From a bacterium (GTDB lineage: Bacteria > Hydrothermota > UBA3073 > JACQXS01 > JAGMCI01), in NCBI GenBank assembly GCA_030018315.1, contig JASEGA010000001.1:12673-76672 (forward strand): a stretch of 64,000 nt of DNA, read 5' to 3'. A program made the position numbers and the translations under genes. The notes beneath the pieces are model-generated. The model did no database searches, was not told the DNA's origin, and worked only from the letters and a program-made list of their open reading frames with translations. Position 1 is the first letter of the stretch. Every line of letters starts with the position of its first letter. Below are positions 59,849 through 64,000 of the stretch, piece after piece.

Positions 59849-60529
59849 TTATCTAACTATCATTGCTATCACTCTATTGCCTGCATTCTCCATATGGTTT
59901 GCGAGTGCCCCAATTAAGCGAGTAGCTTTTAATAAATGGTAAACAGAAACTGCATCAATAGAGAGCTCGAAAATCTTCTTTCCTAATTTATGTTCTATAA
60001 GGTCTGCTTCTCTCTCTTTTTCGTGTATCGCCTCCATTGCACGAATTGTAGCTTCTCTGCTAATCTTCCTTAAAGACAGTCTTACTATGTCTTTCAAATT
60101 CACTATAGCTTCTCCATATTCTTTTATACTCTCAAGTACCTTATAGAAGTGCTGCAGGAATAGTTCCTTAACTTCATCTGCTAACTTTGTATGTTTAAGT
60201 GTAAGCCATATAGCAATATCCTCTGCAAAATCGAGTACTGTATCCTGTTCACTTAAGCAAGTGAGAAAATCAGTTTTATCTACTGACATGAATATATTCC
60301 TTGGGAGCGATTTTCTAATCTCTATTTTCAAAGTATCAGCTTCCTGTTCAAATTCTACAATCTTTGGAACTATACTTTCACATTTCTCATAATTTCCATT
60401 ACAGTAACATTCTATAAGTTCTTTCAGCACCTTAACGCATTCCTCAACTTTTGCTGCGTGTGCAAGAAGTCCATCAAATGGTGACTTCTTAATTATGTCT
60501 TTCATTGGTGTCCTTATGTGCTCGTCCAT
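59849..60529 (-). CDS. DUF47 / PhoU-like (TIGR00153) family protein
   Basis: All-helical 226-aa protein with the DUF47-type motifs (..FEQEADTLKIEIR.., ..EREADLIEHKL..). No adjacent phosphate transporter. Confidence 0.55.
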   Translation of the reverse strand: MDEHIRTPMKDIIKKSPFDGLLAHAAKVEECVKVLKELIECYCNGNYEKCESIVPKIVEFEQEADTLKIEIRKSLPRNIFMSVDKTDFLTCLSEQDTVLDFAEDIAIWLTLKHTKLADEVKELFLQHFYKVLESIKEYGEAIVNLKDIVRLSLRKISREATIRAMEAIHEKEREADLIEHKLGKKIFELSIDAVSVYHLLKATRLIGALANHMENAGNRVIAMIVR

Positions 60530-60719
60530 TTTTCACCTCCTAATCATTGAGAGGCTGTTTAGCATTCTATAGATACTTATCTACCAGGAATCTATAAGCA
60601 CCAATAAAAATGCTATCACCTCCTGTTTTCATTTGACCTCCTCTCTATTGTATAATATAATTTGTTACAAAAGAGGCCAACATAATTTAAAACCAAAAAA
60701 CAACTTTCCTTTGCACTCC

Positions 60720-61480
60720 TCCCTGCTATTCAAAAGATTAAATCCAGTGACCCCTTAAAGATTATATTTGACTCCATTGGCTGGTCCTTTATTCTACCAC
60801 TTGTAGAGAAATCATATTCAATACAAGGAAATGAAGCTTATAATCCAATCTCTATCTTCAAATGTTTTCTCTTGCCTTACCTTAGAGAGATGACACTTTC
60901 TATCGCATTATGCGACTTCTTATAGCTCAGCTTGTTACAATCGGTATTATAAAAGGCAAGAAAATAGCTATTGATTCTTCTCATATCTCCGCTTATTCCA
61001 ATCCAAAAAAGCATTCAGATCCTGATGCACAATAGGGTTGTAAAAGTGAGGACTACTATTTCTTTGGATACAAAATCCACCTCGTAGTTGACACAGAATC
61101 ACAATTGCCTATTGATGTTATAGTTACGCCTAGCAATAAAGCAGATAGTCCTTATGCCCGACCCCTCATTGAGAAAACTAAAGAACTTGTCTCACCAAAA
61201 TTAGCTGCAATGGATGCTGCTTACGATTCGCACGATAACTACCAACTTTGTAATAGCTCTGATATAATCCCAATCATCGACTTAGGAGTGGAAACTCTTT
61301 TATAATCTCAGGACAAGTGTAGAGAGATGTTTTTCAGAACTCAAGGGTCAGCATTTACTTGAAGACCCAAAGGTACGAGGAATTGTAGGAATATCAATTC
61401 ATACATTTTTAAGCATAATAGCACTAATTATCAAACGAATCAAGGACTTCATTTTCATAGGAGTACATACTTTTACTCAA
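60720..61480 (+). mobile_element. Heavily decayed IS5/IS1182-family transposase remnant: N-terminal InsH-like domain, then DDE core with multiple stops/frameshifts and internal deletion
   Basis: Fragments: DSIGWSFILPLVEKSYSIQGNEAYNPISIFKCFLLPYLREMTLS; IAIDSSHISAYSNPK; GYKIHLVVDTESQLPIDVIVTPSNKADSPYARPLIEK; RCFSELKGQHLLEDPKVRGIVGISIHTFLSIIALIIKRI. Inverted repeat CAGCACATAAtTTATGTGCTG at 61474-61494. Confidence 0.6.
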
Positions 61481-61824
61481 TCCAGCACATAATTTATGTG
61501 CTGTGTAGTTCTTTCACATATTTGAATTTCAAAGAGCGTAGTTTTTATCCACTTGAAGTGGATTTAAAATTTCACCTCACAGAACTTTTACCAGAAAAAC
61601 TGCTCATTTCTAAACAGCCTCTTGAAATTAAAATCATTGCAAAATGATTATTTTGCTTATAGGTTCGAATTCGCTTGCTTTTAATATGCAGAAGTACACA
61701 CCGCTTGCAACCCTCTTACCATCATCTGAACATTCATCCCATTTGACAGTATGTTTTCCCGCGGGCATTGGCTTATCTACCAAAGTCTGTACCAGTTTAC
61801 CTGTGACATTGTATATCTTTAAGG

Positions 61825-62770
61825 TTACACGACTTCTTTTAGAGAGTATATATTGAATATTGACTTCTTTAAAACAAGGGATTGGGATAGGTTTGTAGTA
61901 ATCTTGGATTTAACATCAAGCATTCTGTATTTTGCGTTTTTCTCTTCTGCACCGGTGGTAGAATAGCGAAGTATTAGACCAAGGTCTCCAACAGCCCAGC
62001 CCTCATCTTTGCTTATAAAATAGACAGAACACGGAATGATAAAATGTAGCCCGGGCGTAGTATGCCACTGGTTGTCGTAGAAGTGCAGTATTTTTAGAGA
62101 ATCCGGCGTGTCCTCAATACCATATCCCACTGCCCAACCTTCCTCTTCAACAGGGAAATGTACACAGTGAAGGTAAAGCTCAAAAGATGGAGGGGGACTC
62201 CATACTATACTCCACTCATTTCCATCCCAATGAATTACCTCTCCTCCAACTGCCCAGCCATTAGTAGAGCTTGTGAAATGAACCGAATGCAAACATCCTC
62301 CAGTTGGGCTACTTACTTCACTCCAACTTTCACCATCCCAATGGAGTATAACACCGGGTCCATTAACTACCCAACCAACTGCCCACCCATTGGTGGGAGA
62401 GATAAAAAAAAACTGAGTATAGATGTTCAGTTGTCGGACTTGTGAATGTGTTCCATATTTCTCCATCGTACTGGAGTATAGTACCAAAGTTACCAACTGC
62501 CCAGCCAGTATCTGGACTTGTAAAATAAACGGACCAAAGTACATTACCAGTCGGGGACCCAACAATACTCCAATTATTGCCATCGTAATGAATTATTATT
62601 CCATCGTCGCCAACTGCCCACCCATCATCTTTGGCCACAAAATATACAAAACACAACCTACTTGTAGTCGGACTTGCCACTTGTTCCCAAATTCCATCCG
62701 TAAACCCAAATACACTTATATTTATAGATAATAAGATAATCACTGTTACTACTGACCTACTTAACTTCAT
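61825..62770 (-). pseudogene. Secreted BNR/Ycf48-like repeat protein (GWAVG..WDG repeats), frameshifted at a 9-nt homopolymer (62401-62409)
   Basis: ORFs 62363-62770 (signal peptide MKLSRSVVTVIILLSINISVFG, ..GWAVGDDGIIIHYDGNNW..) and 61825-62583 (..NGWAVGGEVIHWDGNEW..) overlap in different frames around an A9/T9 run. Confidence 0.55.
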
Positions 62771-63155
62771 TTTACGCCTCCCGGTGTAATATTTTTACTT
62801 ATTTTCTCTAATAGGTAAAATAAGAACCGTCTACTTTGAATACCCATCCGCACAATATGCTAATACTTATGGCTAACATTGTAAATACTCTCTTATGCAT
62901 AATTCCCTCCTACTACTTAAGATTATATCCTACCATTGCCCCCAATGGTGGAAAGCCAAAGAAACAAATACATAGTCCTACTTTCTCTAAAGAATTGGGA
63001 GTGCGTTCTCCTACATAATTCATGATCACACAATATCCTCCTATACCTGTGATATATCCTTCTATTACTCCAACTGCAGATTTCCAGAAAGACCCTTCTT
63101 GTCCCAAAAGTTTCCCAGTTCCCCACACCGTAGTTGCAGTCAAAGGTATACTTGC

Positions 63156-63551
63156 TCACATAAAAGAAGTGTATATTATAAAAGGCAAAGGGGTCTCAAG
63201 ATGAGATTTGTAAGCACTCTCGTATCCCTGAAGTAGCCAGAGAGTATTCACAATCTCTCCTGAAAGAAACTCGATCCCATAAATTCCCGCTTTCTTCCAC
63301 CTCGATATATTGTTATTTCCGCTCATTTTTGAACCCTGTAAAGATGAATTACTGAAATAAAGATAATCACTCGCGTGTGAATATTGTGAACCCGCTCTGT
63401 AGGAAGAAACAGGGAAAGCAAAAGTATTTGTAACCGATGAAGAGGAATATTTTCCAAACACATCACAGGTATAAGAAGCTTCTATTTGGAACACCCATCC
63501 TAGCATACCAATACTCACAACTAACATTATAAAAAATTTCTTTTTGTTCAT
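63156..63551 (-). CDS. Hypothetical small secreted protein (131 aa)
   Basis: Signal-peptide-like N-terminus MNKKKFFIMLVVSIGMLGWVFQ. Confidence 0.3.
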   Translation of the reverse strand: MNKKKFFIMLVVSIGMLGWVFQIEASYTCDVFGKYSSSSVTNTFAFPVSSYRAGSQYSHASDYLYFSNSSLQGSKMSGNNNISRWKKAGIYGIEFLSGEIVNTLWLLQGYESAYKSHLETPLPFIIYTSFM

Positions 63552-63616
63552 ACTTCCCCCTTTTTCTTAAGTATAATATTTATTTATAATCCATTTTTCC
63601 AATTTTGCAAGTTATT

Positions 63617-64000
63617 TTTACACTTCCTTGTAACTTGCATCGTCACTGGAATCAAGAAATCTTATTCCATACCAATCTTCCACACCGGGAGTTTCAGTCG
63701 CCGAAGTAAATCTTATTGGATCACTCTCAGTTCCCACTACCAAAAGTGCACCATTTACTATTATTTCACATCTACTAGTATCTACTCCACCTCTCTGGTC
63801 ATCACTCCAAGGTGAAGCCCAAATCTTAACACCCGGTTTTATTGTGAGCGTGACACCACTATCAATTATTACATCGCCTGTGATATAAACATCACGGTGA
63901 AATTGGTGTCGTTTCTCATTTTTCTGTCTTGCTGGCTTGTCAATGAAAAATCAGACCTGACACCATTTTCCGACACCATTTTCCCAACTTTTGGCACAAT
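63617..64000 (-). CDS. Partial CDS (C-terminus only; continues beyond the window 3' end). Beta-helix-like secreted protein.
   Basis: Minus-strand translation reads ..HRDVYITGDVIIDSGVTLTIKPGVKIWASPWSDDQRGGVDTSRCEIIVNGALLVVGTESDPIRFTSATETPGVEDWYGIRFLDSS..*, a parallel beta-helix-type repeat pattern. Confidence 0.4.

Overview
This window is about 64 kb of AT-rich bacterial chromosome, roughly mid-30s % GC by eye. Promoters are sigma70-like (TTGACA-17-TATAAT), and the gene content points to a Gram-negative envelope: MlaEFD, GT9 heptosyltransferase, the ADP-heptose pathway, and a T9SS-type C-terminal sorting domain remnant. I do not assign a phylum. There is no rRNA and no CRISPR array.

Described content:
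- Housekeeping core: gyrA, tilS, ftsH, folP, cdaA, dtd, yicC, gmk-rpoZ-coaBC, a family-4 UDG, dnaB, mlaEFD, radA, valS, cobB/Sir2, tpiA, pdxA, split transketolase, and two glycosyltransferase family 2 (GT2) genes plus a WbaP-like sugar transferase.
- Five tRNAs: Val-CAC, Thr-UGU, His-GUG, Lys-UUU and Glu-UUC.
- An accessory island of about 7 kb (7.39-14.46 kb): a decayed IS481/IS3-like transposase, a frameshifted AAA+ ATPase, several small orphan ORFs, a YD/MORN-like repeat protein and an embedded tRNA-Thr.
- A decayed IS5-like transposase at 60.7-61.5 kb.
- Other lesions: an ERCC4/XPF-type nuclease pseudogene, a four-helix-bundle (23S rRNA intervening-sequence protein family) gene disrupted by a 13-bp tandem duplication, and a frameshifted BNR/Ycf48-like gene.

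Signals I find most unusual:
1. A 28-bp palindrome family, GTAGGGAC...GTCCCTAC, with four copies. Three sit in frame inside coding sequences, including coaBC, and each adds a ~10-residue peptide containing the core (R)DT(P/A)(W/C)RVPT (three independent hosts, so selection for stop-free, frame-preserving insertions is likely). This resembles the Rickettsia palindromic elements.
2. A 39-bp palindromic insertion in tpiA, bounded by a 5-bp direct repeat, just upstream of the catalytic-Glu motif.
3. A second dispersed repeat family (core CGCTCGCAATGACAG) at the 3' ends of four genes.
4. Near-identical 83-bp interleaved-inverted-repeat elements that supply the leader and GTG start codon of both tpiA and pdxA. 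They look like miniature derivatives of the cassette carrying the four-helix-bundle gene.
5. Several gene pairs of unknown function: a GNDxY-repeat protein with a HEAT protein, a standalone RnfC-like gene with a HEAT protein, tandem PASTA-domain proteins, and two basic hypothetical proteins next to the T9SS C-terminal sorting domain remnant.
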